A DNA stretch of 64,000 bases, taken from assembly GCF_964204865.1 (NCBI RefSeq), contig NC_135263.1, positions 12,400,001 through 12,464,000 of the forward strand, written 5' to 3'. This stretch comes from Styela clava (taxonomy: Eukaryota). Below the pieces are notes generated by a model that was given only the letters and a program-made list of their open reading frames with translations, was not told the DNA's origin and did not search any database. Shown here one piece after another: positions 26,445-55,582 of this stretch (positions are counted from its first letter, which is position 1; each line of letters starts with the position of its first letter). Position numbers and translations under genes: made by a program.

Positions 26445-27379
26445 GATGCTGAGTATAGTTTTGTTTGGTTTTTTAAGCAACTGAACAAAAATAATGAATA
26501 TTTTAATTCAATGTATTACATTTTACAATCATATAAATTCTTGGTTGTTGAAACGAGGAAATAACTATGATATATACTAAAAATCATCAGATAGAATATT
26601 TAACATTTGATATAAAATAGTTGACATTAAATGTCCAAATTATAACATGTGTCATAATTGTTAAAACGAAATTTCAAGGTTGGGAAAAAATAGAACACGA
26701 GTCAAATCTAATGCAACACCATACTGCCATAATCGCATGTGTACTGGAAAAGTTGATTGTCAGCATAATCTCACTGTATATAAGCAAGTGGCAGGGAAAT
26801 CTGAAACCATTAATTAGTAACATAAACTGTCATGTGAAAAATCGTCGACAGCTGCCGTCAACCACATTCAGACATACTGGTATTATTTGCTACTGGTACG
26901 GTTCTTTATGACTTTTGAAACTGCAATTGAACATACATATTTATCCTGGGGGAGAGGAAAGTCGATAAGACGACTTAAACATATGGCTACGTGAACCACC
27001 CAAGAACTTTTTTAAATTCATGTCTCCAACTTCAACTAGTCTCACAAATATTTACCTGATCAAAATATTATTTAGCAACAAGGTGGACTATTCACTTTCA
27101 TTGTTTTATGGGTTTGTCTACACTGCATACCTGCTATGCTTTAAACAGGTCAGTGGTAAGTAAGTAAACATATCTAACACTGTACAGCCATCCATTTGTT
27201 TACAATCACTATATGAGCATTATGTTACCATAGCGATATGTGACAAGAGGGCGCAAATGAGTTGATAACGCCGACGGCGCATTTTGTCTCTGAATAAGTA
27301 TGTTGATTTTTCGACTACCTTGTCTTTTCATTATAATTTATGACGAATGCAATGAAGCATACACAAATAAAAATAAAAT

Positions 27380-27612
27380 ACGCTACTTCCGTAGTGTGTG
27401 TAACAAGGTTAGGCCATATTTTGATTCCGATTTACTTTATTTTAGTTTTATTACCAGTTCGGGAACTGTCTGTGTTAGCCAAGTGAATATACCCAGTCTA
27501 TATGCCTCCGTCCCTTTATACAACTCGATAAGAAGTAGGCAAACAAAATTATTTACCTCCATATTGGTAGTGTACACACACTTTCGAAGCGCCAAAAATA
27601 TAGCCGGCCAAC
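27380..27612. repeat. Dispersed MITE-family copy
   Basis: Same core as 14348-14586, 37035-37145 and 43170-43355 (ttaggccata..gtagg/taagcaaa.aaaatt..ttacctccatattgg..gcgcc). Confidence 0.6.
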
Positions 27613-27658
27613 AAAAAGTTGGTGGGTGAATATACACCGTCTACTCTACACTCTATAG

Positions 27659-28189
27659 CAGGGGTCGGGAACCTTTTTGGTCAAGAGAGCCCTAAAATAT
27701 ACATATTTTCAATTGCATTTCCGTGCGAGCCATATCACATTTCTTCACTTAATCAGGCCTGAAACGTTTACTCAAAAGTCAACACATACATTTAATGTGA
27801 CTTCTGATGCTGCATGTTGTCGCTGCGGGCCTTGAACGGTTGCTCACATGCAGCCCAAGTTGAAATCTACGATACTCATCACCCTTTTTCGTTTAGGCAT
27901 CTCCGTAGTATTTTAAAACTCTATCGCTTTGTGATGTCACAATATATGTTCCAGAATCCCCATGTTTTGTCACAATGCCTGTCTGGTAATTCTCTTGCAT
28001 AACATAGACATGCGCTGGGCCCGCGTTGTCAAACGTATTGGGAATTTTTTGCCAAATTTGGCTATAAAATAGTTTGAAGTTCAGTAACAATAGTAAGCTT
28101 AATCTTAGAATAATAGATTTTTCTGGGAGCCATATGCCGTCATCAAAAGAGCCATATATGGCTCGCGAGCCATGGGTTCCCGACCCCTG
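27659..28189. mobile_element. hAT-type MITE
   Basis: Perfect TIR CAGGGGTCGGGAACC / GGTTCCCGACCCCTG; 8-bp TSD CTCTATAG/CTCTATAT. Confidence 0.85.
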
Positions 28190-28777
28190 CTCTATATAAT
28201 TATAGAGGGTCAACATAGAGATACCACCTCTGTGTGACGTCATAGTTCCGCATGAGTAAAGAGGTATGACCTTCTCAGCGCTTAACTTTGCCGCCAAATA
28301 TTTTGACCGAAGTTTTTTTGTTGCCCCAAGCTGCGGGCATTTTTAAGTTATTTTGTAACGCTTCGTATATATATATATGAGTAGATTAGCTCTAAAAATC
28401 ACGCTAGCTTTCGTTTCGATGCGATATTTATGTCACAGACTGTGAACTTGACCTAACACGGTACGATAACCTGGCACCGGTAAGGTAACTGCTGAACTGA
28501 CAGCAGTAGCAATAATATTATTCAGATATTGCTATTTCATTTTCGGTAATTTTGCTTTCAGGCCCGTACCACAGTATTGTAGACAACTTAGCTCTAATCT
28601 ATCTACCGGTACATATAGTTCTAATCGTAGGTACCGTACTTGCACAGGAATCCTTTATTTCAACTTATGTGAAGAGAGAACACAGTTTGGAGAAGCAAAC
28701 CAAGTATTTGTGGTATCGATACGTGAGTATTGTTATATACAGATATATATATTAAGTGATTTAAATATTTTTTTACT

Positions 28778-31700
28778 ATGCCAGCTGGAACGCATTGTGC
28801 AGTGCCGGGATGCAGCTACTCCTATGTCAAGTCTAGGAAAGCAGGACAGTCTGTAAAAACACTATTTTCTGTTCTTCGGCCCGATCTGGCAAAGACTCCT
28901 CAGGAAAGGAAACACCGGGAGGGGTTGTCCAATTTTTTATTGGCGATGAGAGACAGTAGCAGAGGAGATAACATCAAGGCTATGCTGCACAAAGAAACGT
29001 AATATACTTATCTAGGCATACTAAACATATAAACAAATTTATACAGCCTATAATAGTATATTTGAGTAATTGCGTTCAAAAATTCTGCTGTGTGGATTAT
29101 CAGAAACCCGGAATATTTGTTAATTTTTCCAATCGTATATTTATCGTTATAATTTGCTAAGCCTACCAAGCCATCTAATTTGTTTTGCATTTAATTCAAG
29201 TTTTGCACAAAATGACCATAGCTAGCTTTTGACATCTTCATATTGTTATACCAATATACTTTACCTTTTTATATTTAGGGCCTCAATATGTGAAGACCTT
29301 TTCCTGGGAACCGATATACTTCGGCATCGGAAAAAAAGCTCTTTAAGACTCGGAGCAGTTCCATGCAGAAATATTCCCAGGAGTTCAGCTGTGTACCAGG
29401 AAAAAAACAAGACCTCTCCCAGCTGTGCGTGAACCACTGCCGGAAAAAATTCGATATCGATCTACTAGGAGTTTGGTCAGTGCCACTTCATACTTGTCGC
29501 AATCTATGAAAGGTATGCATCTGTAGAATTTTTTTTTGCTTGTTAAGCAAATTTTGATTGAACTTTTTATACAGATAAGTGGGCTTTGTATGAGCACCGA
29601 GGAAAATTTATTGCAGAGATGAGAAAGGATGATTACTGCGTGCCTAGTATAAGGTAGTTGTTTTTAAACAGAAGTTATCAATTATAGTTTGGTTTTCAAC
29701 TTGCAGAGAATAGGATAACATGTTAGTTTTCAATTATTTTGTTGCTGTGTCATTTGAGTAGTAATTGAGTTTGACAGCATGAATTGTAAGTTCAGCAGTT
29801 TTTCATTGTAGCGCACGTTTTTAGATAGCAGAATATTAAAACTCATACTAGGAGGCTACAGGATTGTACAGAGTAAATAGCTAAGATAAATTGCAAATAC
29901 CAAATCACAAATATACCCATGAGCCATATGACATACCAAATTGTATCTAACAACTTATCAATCTAAAACAAACTGAAATAATTTTACACAATGATGAAAA
30001 AAGAGTTGAGTATGGAGAAGATGGTGCAATGCAAAGTGCTCATTTTTCTGGCTGGAAAGTCGAGATTGCAAAGCTAGGATTTGACAGATGTGATACTCTG
30101 AATTCTGTTTTAGGTATACATTTTCTTTTGACAAGTTCACCTTTGTTTTATTCTGTAACTCAAATTTGTGTTATCCATTTAAGACAAATTAGGCAAATTG
30201 GAGTTGTGTTGCGGTATTGATCGGCGGGATGGCAGTACATTGGTTCACCCAGTTTTGTCGTGGGGAGGTGACAAAATTAATATCAAAAATATATATCGGT
30301 CAACATCATGTAGCACAATTGGTATGTTAGTAAAAAATCGCTGTTCGACTGTCTCGAGAGCATATATATGATTGCAGGATATTTTTAGTGGATGTGTCAA
30401 TTGGATGCCCAATGTGCAGCAGCTGCATGTCAGAACAGTTCAAAAATGACGAGGAAGAACACCATCCAAGCCAGGTCATGTTGCAAGTTGATGATACTGT
30501 GCATGATATGATCAAGGTCATGTTTACTTTTTGTTTCATTTCACGATCAAATAATTTTTAATGTACTAGACTCAAGAGATTAATTGTATGACTGACTTGT
30601 GAATATTTTCACAGGCCACTTTCGCTTCTGAAAGTTCCATCTTGAATACTTGGCAGCAAATGTTTTTTGGTCAGCAGCTTGCCAACTCCAATGCTCACCC
30701 CTCTTCACGTCGGTACCATCCAGATGTGATTCGTTGGGCTATGGAACTCTATTGCAGATCGCCTTCTGCCTATGATCATCTGCGAACAAGTCAGGTGCTG
30801 ACTCTCCCTTCCCCAAGCACTTTGAATCGCTACAGGTAAATGTAATGCTTCTGACAATTGTTGGGGTGTACTATGGTGAATTTAAATTAACTTTGATAAC
30901 CATTCGGCCATGTTGTTTTCTTTCAGTCTATTTAAAAAAAATATTTTGTCTATTATCTGTCTACTTATTATATCATACATTGGTCAGGGACTTGCGATTG
31001 CTGATTTATTTTTTATTTTTGCAGAAATGTCATTCCACCACAATCTGGGATTAACAAACTGGCATTGAAAGAAATGGAGAGAGTCATCAAAGACAAGGGT
31101 TAATTGATTGGATTTGTTGCTCTCGGTGAGATGAAGGGTAAGCTCACTTAAATTTTTATTTACAATCTTACATCATTGTCATATATATGAATCTCTGATA
31201 CAGTTAGAGAAAATCTGGTCTGTCGTAACGGCAAATTGATTGGTTTCGTGGACAAAGAAATGGCAATAATGACCAGCTTGCTTCACACATTTTAGGTAAG
31301 TTGTTACTGGGGTTTTACTACGGTAGACTTTTTATGTAACGCAGTATTAATGTTCTACATGTTTCTTCAGTATTCTACGTTAGAACCGTGAAGCGAGATC
31401 TGTCGATTCCTTTGGCGTGGTATGCAACCCGTAACTCCCCAGCCTCCAAGCTTTGTCGGGTGTTTTGGGAACTTTTAATTGAATGTGAGAGCCGAAGCGT
31501 AAAGATCCTTGCTGTAATCGCAGATGGTCACAGTACCAACCGCCGCTTTTTCCAACTTTTAAGTGGCAACTTGGAATTGCCTTGTGATGGTGTATTGTTT
31601 GCTCCTAATATATGCGACTCTGACAGGAACATATACCTATGTTCTGATCCATCACATTTGATCAAGGTAATAAAAGAAATGGGCAAATGGCATTGTATAA

Positions 31701-34696
31701 TGTTTACCATGATGCGTTAATTTTCAACAGTCTTTTTTTCATTTGTTCAGACTGTTCGAAACTCGTTATATGCATCAAAAGTTGGTGGGAAGAAGCATAT
31801 GCGCCGAGGTGGCCAGGACATTGTGTGGAGGCATATTAAAGATCTTTATATGCAGGAATCTGTTCAGGTCCTTGGCCATACCAGACTGAGTCCATCACAT
31901 GTAGAGTTAACACCATATAGTAAGGTAAGCTAATAGTCTAATTGTGTTGGTTTGGCCGCACGACACGCTGATGAAATCCCTGAAATGGACTTATTTCAAC
32001 TAAAATTTTTGATTCGCTGCCAATGCCCTTGACTGTGGTAACAGGATTTTCAATAACTAATTTTTTTTAATACAGAGTGATTTGGGAAAATCTTTTTTAT
32101 TTTCAGATGAAAGTCAATCTTGCAACTGATGTGCTGAGCTGGAACGTCGGCCAATGTTTAAAATCAATGAATGGGACGAATGGAACTGCCAAATTTGTTT
32201 TGATGTTTGCAAAGTAAGTCGGTCATTTTTTAAAAGAAAAAAAATTCCCTATTTTTGTGTCAGTTATGCATGTATCGTCCATTCAGATGGTATGAAATTG
32301 TCAACTGTTCCTGTAATTGCCCCATACGATGCGTCGACGATAATAGGCTGTCTTGGTTGAAGAATGACTTCATAGGTTCACTGTTGGAGTGGGAAGTGAG
32401 TTGTATTTTTTGTGCGATTTTATTCAATATGATCACAATCTCTAAAAAGATCTACAACCATAGCATTTGAAGATTATATTGTATTCATTATGCCCTAACA
32501 TTGTAAAAGAGAGATGTCATTTTGGGGTTGGCTATTGTTATTTTCATGCATTATTTATTCTTGAAAACAATTATAGAATGAGCATGGTGGAGATGAAAAG
32601 AGTTTTCTGGCTCGCCCAACCTTAGAGGGACTGAAATTCACCACACACAATTTCATAGAGATGTGAAATTACCTTCTGGCAAATGGTTTGGAATATGTGT
32701 CTTTGCACTGCTTTAATCAGGATGTTTTGGAAGCTTTCTTCGGAAATTTGGTGAGATTTTTTGGGGGGCTGAACTGTATGGGTATCTATCTAGCCATGTA
32801 TATATCTAATCCGCAGCATCACATTCATAGAGACAACTTGGATCTAGATCAAGCAATCCAGACATATCTCAAGTATTCTATGGAATAACCCAAATTTCGC
32901 AAAGTAAGATCATCAAGAAGGTCAAAGGTGGTAATACAACCTATGGGAAAGCGAATGCCTGGACAGACATATGTGTCAAGTCAAGTCAAGTCAAGTTTAT
33001 TTTTTCCAACCAGTAAAAAACAAGAAACACATGCAAAAATATATAGAAAAAATGATATTTAAATTACTGGGGAAGGGAAGCCGCGGGGAACCAAAACTGG
33101 TTATCGAGCTGCGACACCCAAGGTTCTAACACCTAGTTTGACAGATCGGGGAGAAGAGTTTCAACAAATAGATACCATATAAATTTTACTAGAGAGCTAA
33201 CTAATTGCAATTGTTATATATTATTACTAAAAATTACCGTGCATTAAATGTGCCATAATAGCAGCGATAACGGGGGATTTCCCGTTTGCATAGACCTAGC
33301 TGTAGCGAAATGTTGTTCTGTAGAATAACTGGGGAATTTTGAAGGTGACCTGACCACAACGTGGTTGTGCTATGAAGCGATATAGCAATGGACACCGATC
33401 AGGTAAATAAATAAAGTGAAATTAGCACGCTGGATGTTGAAATAAATATTCACCATTGGTGTCCTGACGCGTTATCTCAGTACCGGTACCGTACTGCTTG
33501 TAAGCTAACAAGAAAAATATTAGGAACAAATATAAATGATATGATACTGTCAGACTGTGATAAGAATACAATGAAAAAACAATATTGACATTTGTTGAGG
33601 TGAAAATATATGTTGGTATAAAATCACTAGACTATGGAGTCCTTCAATGATAGAAATATCTGAATATAGGAAGCACTGTGATAGGAATACTCCATTGCTT
33701 AAACTGGTACCGGTACCGTAAGTTGATGTTAACTAATACTAAAATATGAAACATAATTAGTAATACTTTTTCATGTAACATAGCACAATTAATAGTTTTT
33801 GTCCATCCTAAAGTATATATTGAGACACTAAATGTCTTTTTAGATTTGATTTGAATATCTGGTGGGACATGCTTTTTAACTCACTTGGTAAATTGTTCCA
33901 CATTTTTGCTCCAGTGTACTTTAGGCAATTTTGGGTTATGGAATGTGACAAACGACGTAAATAAAAAGAGTGTGTGGAGGCTGATCTTGTGTTATGTGTG
34001 TGTATAGTACTTTGTCGTATAAAATAACCATCAAAAGCACTTGGTAGACAATGGTTGTGATATTTGTGCATAAGCTTGCAGATCTCTAATTTATAAATAT
34101 CTGCAAGCTTTAAAACATTAATTTTGTTATAAATTATGTTAAGATTTATGCGAGCAGACGAACGATAAAGGATTTTAACCGCCCTGTTCTGAAGTACATT
34201 AATTCGATGCAAAATTGATTGAGATGCGGATCCCCAAGCTACAATAGCATATTGGATATATGTTTGAAAAAGTGAGAAATATACCAATTTAAGGGTTGCT
34301 GTATCTATATAGTGTTGAAGTTTACCTAACATACCTACAGTTCGAGAAAGTTTTTTACGAATATCATTAACATGGACATCCCAACGTAAGCAGTTATCTA
34401 TATTTAGTCCTAGATATTTGTAAGAAGGGACAGATTCTATCTCTGTTCCATTGATGTTAATAGAAATTGCGGTGACTTGATGACGTTGTTTAGGGCATAT
34501 ATGAACAATTTTAGATTTATTAATATTGATTGTTAGCTTGTTGCTAATCATCCATTCGAATACCTTTGCCATCTCGATATTTACATGTTTTTCTAAGGTC
34601 AACACAGATTTCGCACTGTCCAGAAGACCGGTGTCATCTGCGAACAATTTTGTCAAGAGGTCAGACTGTGAACATCCATTGCCATCAAAAAAATGA
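28778..34696 (+). pseudogene. Multi-exon THAP-domain P-element/THAP9-like transposase, inactivated
   Basis: THAP: CAVPGC..ICEDLF..LRLGAVP. HTH: RRYHPDVIRWAMELYCRSPSAYDHLR..LPSPSTL. Core: ALGEMK (first Asp changed to Gly), VIADG, SDPSHLIKTVRNSL, KMKVNLA, FNQDVLEAFFGNLRQ. Frameshifts, a TGA at ~32664, and a LINE inserted in the last exon. Confidence 0.88.
32976..34666 (-). mobile_element. 5'-truncated LINE (CR1/L2-group-like) inserted in the transposase last exon
   Basis: ORF 34656-33808 is an RT C-terminus (SDLLTKLFADDT..YKYLGL.ID..LRW..H). It has a long 3' UTR, AATAAA and a (CTTGA)4 tail, with TGTG repeated at both junctions. Confidence 0.9.
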
Positions 34697-35362
34697 ACAT
34701 TAGCATAATTTCGGCTGCAATCATGACTTACGATATTTAGAATATGCAGATTATGCTTTTTCTCTTATAATATCGTGGATTGTTGCCGTAAAATCAATAT
34801 TGGTCTTTTGTTCGAAACATTTGACCATACACACAAGGCTTTGGAGTCGGAAGTCCAACATTTTTTTATATCGTAGCTGTGCGCAAAATTTGGTTGAATT
34901 AATCAGAGTCAAATTTTTATCGTAATATCCCATTCAAATTTTTCTAAAAAACTAAGCATTGAATTGACTAGAGTATTTTCAATAGATAATTAAATTCAGT
35001 AAGACTCAATAAAGTTTTTGTAAAAGTTTGGTTTGTTGTAGCCTGTTTCGAACTCTTCGTCAAATTTGAATTATGGTCTAAATTTACTGGACTTCACAGC
35101 CTGCTCGGAAACTTATTAGTGCTGTTTTATAATAGCATGGCAATCAAATAACAAGTTTGGATGGCAGAAGATTGAAGTGGATGATGCAGTTTATTGCCTG
35201 GTGTATTTGAGACTTTGTGTATTTTAGTCGAATCAAATTTAATTGGGTGCTTTTTGTTTGGTACATAAGAGAAACACTGAGATAACCCGGCCCATACAAT
35301 AATTAAACAATAGACTCAATCAAGTACCTCAAGCTTTTTATTTTAGCAGTTACTAAAAAAAA

Positions 35363-36278
35363 TTAATTGAAAATATGACTGTTGCTGATTCTTGCCAAAT
35401 CTGGTTTAGTACCTCTAGAACAGACACCAGACCCCGGGGCCCTCTTTTTGAATAATTTGTAAAACAACATTCTTGCATATGCATGTGAAAGCACTCTTAT
35501 AAATAAACTTGTTACATATCTTGCTATCTTGACACTTTCTTTGTGTCCATTGCAATAGGGTAGCATGTCATTGGTATCAAAGTTTTGAGACTCTTCTAAC
35601 TTATTTTCAATTCCTGCAAATAAGATGTGGCTGTTTAGCACATTCCTGCGCTACTTTTTGGTAAGCCCCTTCTAATAGTAACAAGTATGCTTGAGTTGGA
35701 TAATTTAGCTTTCCCTCCGGGAACTGCAGTAATGGGATTGTTGAATGGGAGGGCCTTTTTGCACAGAGACAGTCCAGGGCTTTTGCTGATTCTGCAAATT
35801 TAATATACCCTTTTTTCAGGGTATATCCTGCAATGTACTCAATTATGCCTTTTTCATAACTGTCGACCTGTTCGCAAAATAAATTCTTCGGGGTGGCAAA
35901 TGTTACATTGTCATCCAGTGGCTTGAGAATGTAGTTGGTTATTTCCAACATGGCTTTCGCTGTAAAAAAATTTTCCGTATGCCCAGCGAACATCTTTGGC
36001 GAGAGGTGTGAGCATTGAGAGAATTTTAGCATGAATTGGTCAGCTCCTTTCTCTCTGGCAAAGACTTGCATGAGGGCTTTTATAATATTCAAGCCTTCAA
36101 ATGTTAGCTCTAAGTCGGATCTTACGTTATTGACTAATTTTATAACTTGATCATCGGAAACTTCCGGAGTTCTTCTATTTTTTACTTGTGTTGATGCTTT
36201 CGAATGAGGAAATTCTACGATTTTATTGAAATCCTCGAAAAGGAACTCAACAATTCCATGTATCTCGTTAGTAGCCAT
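35363..36278 (-). pseudogene. Second transposon gene resembling the P-transposase C-terminal domain; one frameshift near 35620
   Basis: ORFs 36278-35607 and 35641-35363 join to give IIEYIAGYTLKK..CLC..GKLNYPT..C.GH..LFIRVLSH, matching the YIAGY..GGL.YP..R pattern of P/THAP9 C-termini. Lies inside the TIRs. Confidence 0.7.
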
Positions 36279-36586
36279 TACAGATGAATAACAGTAAGTA
36301 AGATAACTTATAAGTTACTGAGTAATAATCTAGAGATAGGCTGGGTATGTGAAAAATAATTAATTACAGAGATTGTGCAAATTGACAATCTAAACGTGGT
36401 AATGCTTTTGACTTTTAATTAATCAACACTCCTTTTTTTTCTCACTAATTAGGCTATGTGGCTGATTTCAGACAGATAACGGTTTTAGCATCGATTTAGT
36501 ATGAGAATAAATGGTAAGATAGCAGTCCAATAAAAATAGAGTAAAATACAGTGGTTTTCAATCGCAGAGGCCAATACAATATTGAT

Positions 36587-36912
36587 AGAGAGAGAGAGAG
36601 AGAATTTATTGTTTCGTCAAACCAGAAAACACATACAATATATATATGATAGCAAAATGAGTAAAATTAGATTTCGGTAGATGACAGGGTGGTAACGATA
36701 CGACCATTAACAGTCATCTGAGTCGGTTACCACCCAAAGCAAGCACATGAATAAATAAATTAATAACACAGGTTCTGTAATATTACACTCTCAGGATATA
36801 CAGTAAAGAAACATATTTAATAATTCTGAAAGCAAACTACCGAATCATGACCCTGAACTGATGGATTGGCTGGATACGAACCCGCGACATCTTGACACTA
36901 AACGGCCAACGC
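36587..36912 (-). mobile_element. SINE-like insertion with (TC)n tail nested in the P element
   Basis: (GA)n run at 36587-36603. The 3' part resembles 58098-58260. B-box-like GGTTCGTATCC on the minus strand near 36880. Confidence 0.5.
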
Positions 36913-38527
36913 TGAAATAGATCGCGCTGAGAAAAACATCGCAATTCCTACTTCCGTACCTCTTTACTCATGTGGAACGACCTTTGAACCCGCGAGTGAA
37001 TTCTCTATTATCATTCTCTGTGATATAATATAAAGGCTTCCGTCCCTTTACACAACTCGATGTGAAGTAGGCAAACAAAATTATTTATCTCCATATTGGT
37101 GTACACGCTTCTGGAGCGTCAAAAATACAGCCAGCCAACAAAAAGACAGATCAACAAGATGTTGGTGGAAAATCTATGATGGGTCATTCACGTTTTTTGC
37201 ACCACTCGCTGTCAGAAAATGTTACACACACCTAACCGGAGCATTGTAAATCGATCTCTTGCACAAAGCCAAACCTTGGGACTATGGTAATAAACTGGAG
37301 CCTCTCAAAAATACAGTTTTTAACAAGAGCTCCTACAGAATGAGAGATTTTCCATAGAGTTCGCCGGTGATCTACTGGTACATTCGAGTATGATAAGAAT
37401 TCCTATTTATCATTGTAAAAATTTGATGATTCAACCTACTATAAGCAACTCGTGTAAAACTAGGTGTTTTGAGACTATATGTTTTTCTTTCTGTATCCAA
37501 CTATATTGAAACTAATCGACTCGGAAGTAGTACTTTATTGACATGTTAATTTATGCAATAACAAATTATTGGTACAGACTGAAAATTATCATTTGGGGCA
37601 AAATAGTACAAAGGAATATCACAAATTCACTTAATCTCTGAAATTTAATTGATCACTTTACACGTCTTTTTGATAAGACGGTAGCAAAACATAAGGCAAT
37701 AATAGCAAGCTACTTCTAAGCAACAATGAAACACCGATTTATCAAATTATTAATCAAAAACCATCAAAAAAGTAAGAATATAAAAATAGAAGTAAAAATG
37801 ACGAGTATATAATTTCTAGCATGAATCTGCTAATCTTAATAAAAATGCAAAAGGCTACTTCAAAAGATGACAAAGAAATAAAATAAGCCTGACTTAGTAC
37901 GTAGATCAAGAATAAAGAAATTGGAATGCCAAAACCAGATACACCACGCAAGGTAGGCAACAATGATAACTTACATTAAAGAGATACAATCTCTTAATTA
38001 TCAAAATAATGATAAAATCCTTGCTAATAATAGAAATCAAAGTATTCCAGATGATAAAAATCCATTGACAAGCTGTTTTAGTAATAATGATAACTAATAA
38101 GGATAGTCGCCATTTACTATTCACTAACACTGTTCAACTAGGATTTAGATTTTGTATTTAGCATTCTTCTGCTGGTATTAACAAAATTTGGATGTATGCA
38201 CTCAGGTCACTGTATTGGTTCAAACATTTAACTAAGTGTTTTTCACTTTCAGCATACAAACATGATTGAACATTTGAAAGAAGTATGCATAAAAACAAAT
38301 GTACCGGTAATTGTTACGGAAATTTTCAAGATAATAACATTTCAAGTAAAAGGCGACACCATGCTAGTACAAACATTTTAATCAAAATCGAATGGAAGTC
38401 AAGAAATTTAGGTAGTATATGATTATGATGTAAAATGATCCAGTTACTATATCACTTATCTCTGAATAAATGGAAAATAAATGCAAAGAAATGAATGTGG
38501 CAGAGGCTTAGTCTTCGATCACCAATG

Positions 38528-54580
<16,053 letters not shown>

Positions 54581-55119
54581 TTTCTGATGCTTGACAAATT
54601 CCCAGATAAGTTAGGCTTATTACAGTATTAATACCAATTACTGAATTAAGTTCAATAAATGATATTCCCAATTTAAGATATTTCAATATACTAATATAAG
54701 AATATCTGATAACAGGATAAAGACTAAAGCATTAAATTTTCCTCAAACTAAGCATGTGCAGATGTGAGTCAGTGTTATACCGGTACTGGTGTTTTAGGTA
54801 CTTCTATTTTTGACCATTTTACATTTCCACAGTCTGTTGCTGTTGTAGCGTACTGCATATACTGATATAACTTATGACATGACCTGGCAGTATTGGTCAC
54901 CGGATTCAGGGATTACCGGTACCGGTACTGTACAGAATTAAGCAGTCTCACTGTCTTATATGTTATAACGCAGTCATGTCTGCATGTACCATCGTCTTTC
55001 AGCTCACACAGTCACAAGCTTCGAATACGGTACACATTTTACCATGTACATTCGCTTCACTGATGTCGAAGAAAGCGGTCACCGTTTTTGTTTACTATCG
55101 AAAGTCAGCAATGAGAAGA

Positions 55120-55215
55120 TGGGCGTCACGCACGTAATGGACAACAAAACACACGTGATCAAACGTCAGTTCAAAGTCACGCGTCTAAATTGTGACGTCG
55201 CGACGCACGTGATGT
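55120..55215 (-). promoter_or_regulatory. Candidate copine promoter: CpG-rich cluster of E-box/CRE-like sites
   Basis: CACGTG twice, TGACGTC, ACGTCA and GCGTCA within ~95 bp, about 550 bp upstream of the ATG. Confidence 0.35.
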
Positions 55216-55231
55216 TATTATATCATCAAAA

Positions 55232-55582
55232 TAGATAGGATAGGGATAGGGTTTACATATTTATCCCGGGGGAGAGGAGAGCCGATAAGACGGCTTATCC
55301 ATATGGCGAACCACGGCCTCTCGTCCGGTTACCATTCCAAGTCGGGTATGGGATTAGTTTTTACTGTATTGTTTGTTTTCGGAAGCATGGACTTAGTGGT
55401 GGAGGAAGCCATAACCGACCAGCGGTTACGTGAACCACCAACGACGGCGAGGAGTCCAGCAATCCTCTCGCACATAACCATCCCTGCATGGGATTCGAAC
55501 CTGCGAACCCACGCAGAGTGATTAGAGATGCGGTGGCGAGCGTATTCCTAACGCTTAGCCCGTTGAGCCACACCGCCGCGCC
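55232..55582 (-). mobile_element. tRNA-derived SINE, full length
   Basis: A box TGGCTCAACGG, B box GGTTCGAATCC, (CCTAT)n-like tail; near-identical to 56818-57165. Confidence 0.85.

Larger units (their letters stand above)
28201..37022 (+). mobile_element. Full-length but decayed P-element-superfamily transposon with two convergent genes
   Basis: Left end TATAGAGGGTCAACATAGAGA..GTTCCGCATGAGTAAAGAGGTA; right end (reverse complement) CACAGAGAATGATAATAGAGA..GTTCCACATGAGTAAAGAGGTA, at identical spacing. 7-bp TSD ATATAAT at 28194-28200 and 37023-37029. Contains a THAP/DDE transposase. Confidence 0.85.

Noticed and set aside
28778-32975. Domesticated host THAP9 gene
   Set aside because: It retains TIRs and TSD and has frameshifts, a stop, and THAP His and catalytic Asp substitutions, so it is a dead transposon.
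35600-35645. Programmed frameshift in transposon gene 2
   Set aside because: No slippery heptamer is evident, and the element is decayed elsewhere, so a simple indel is more likely.
27380-37145. Direct repeats on both sides of the P element, resembling LTRs or long terminal direct repeats
   Set aside because: They belong to a dispersed MITE family also at 14350 and 43170, and lie outside the TSD.
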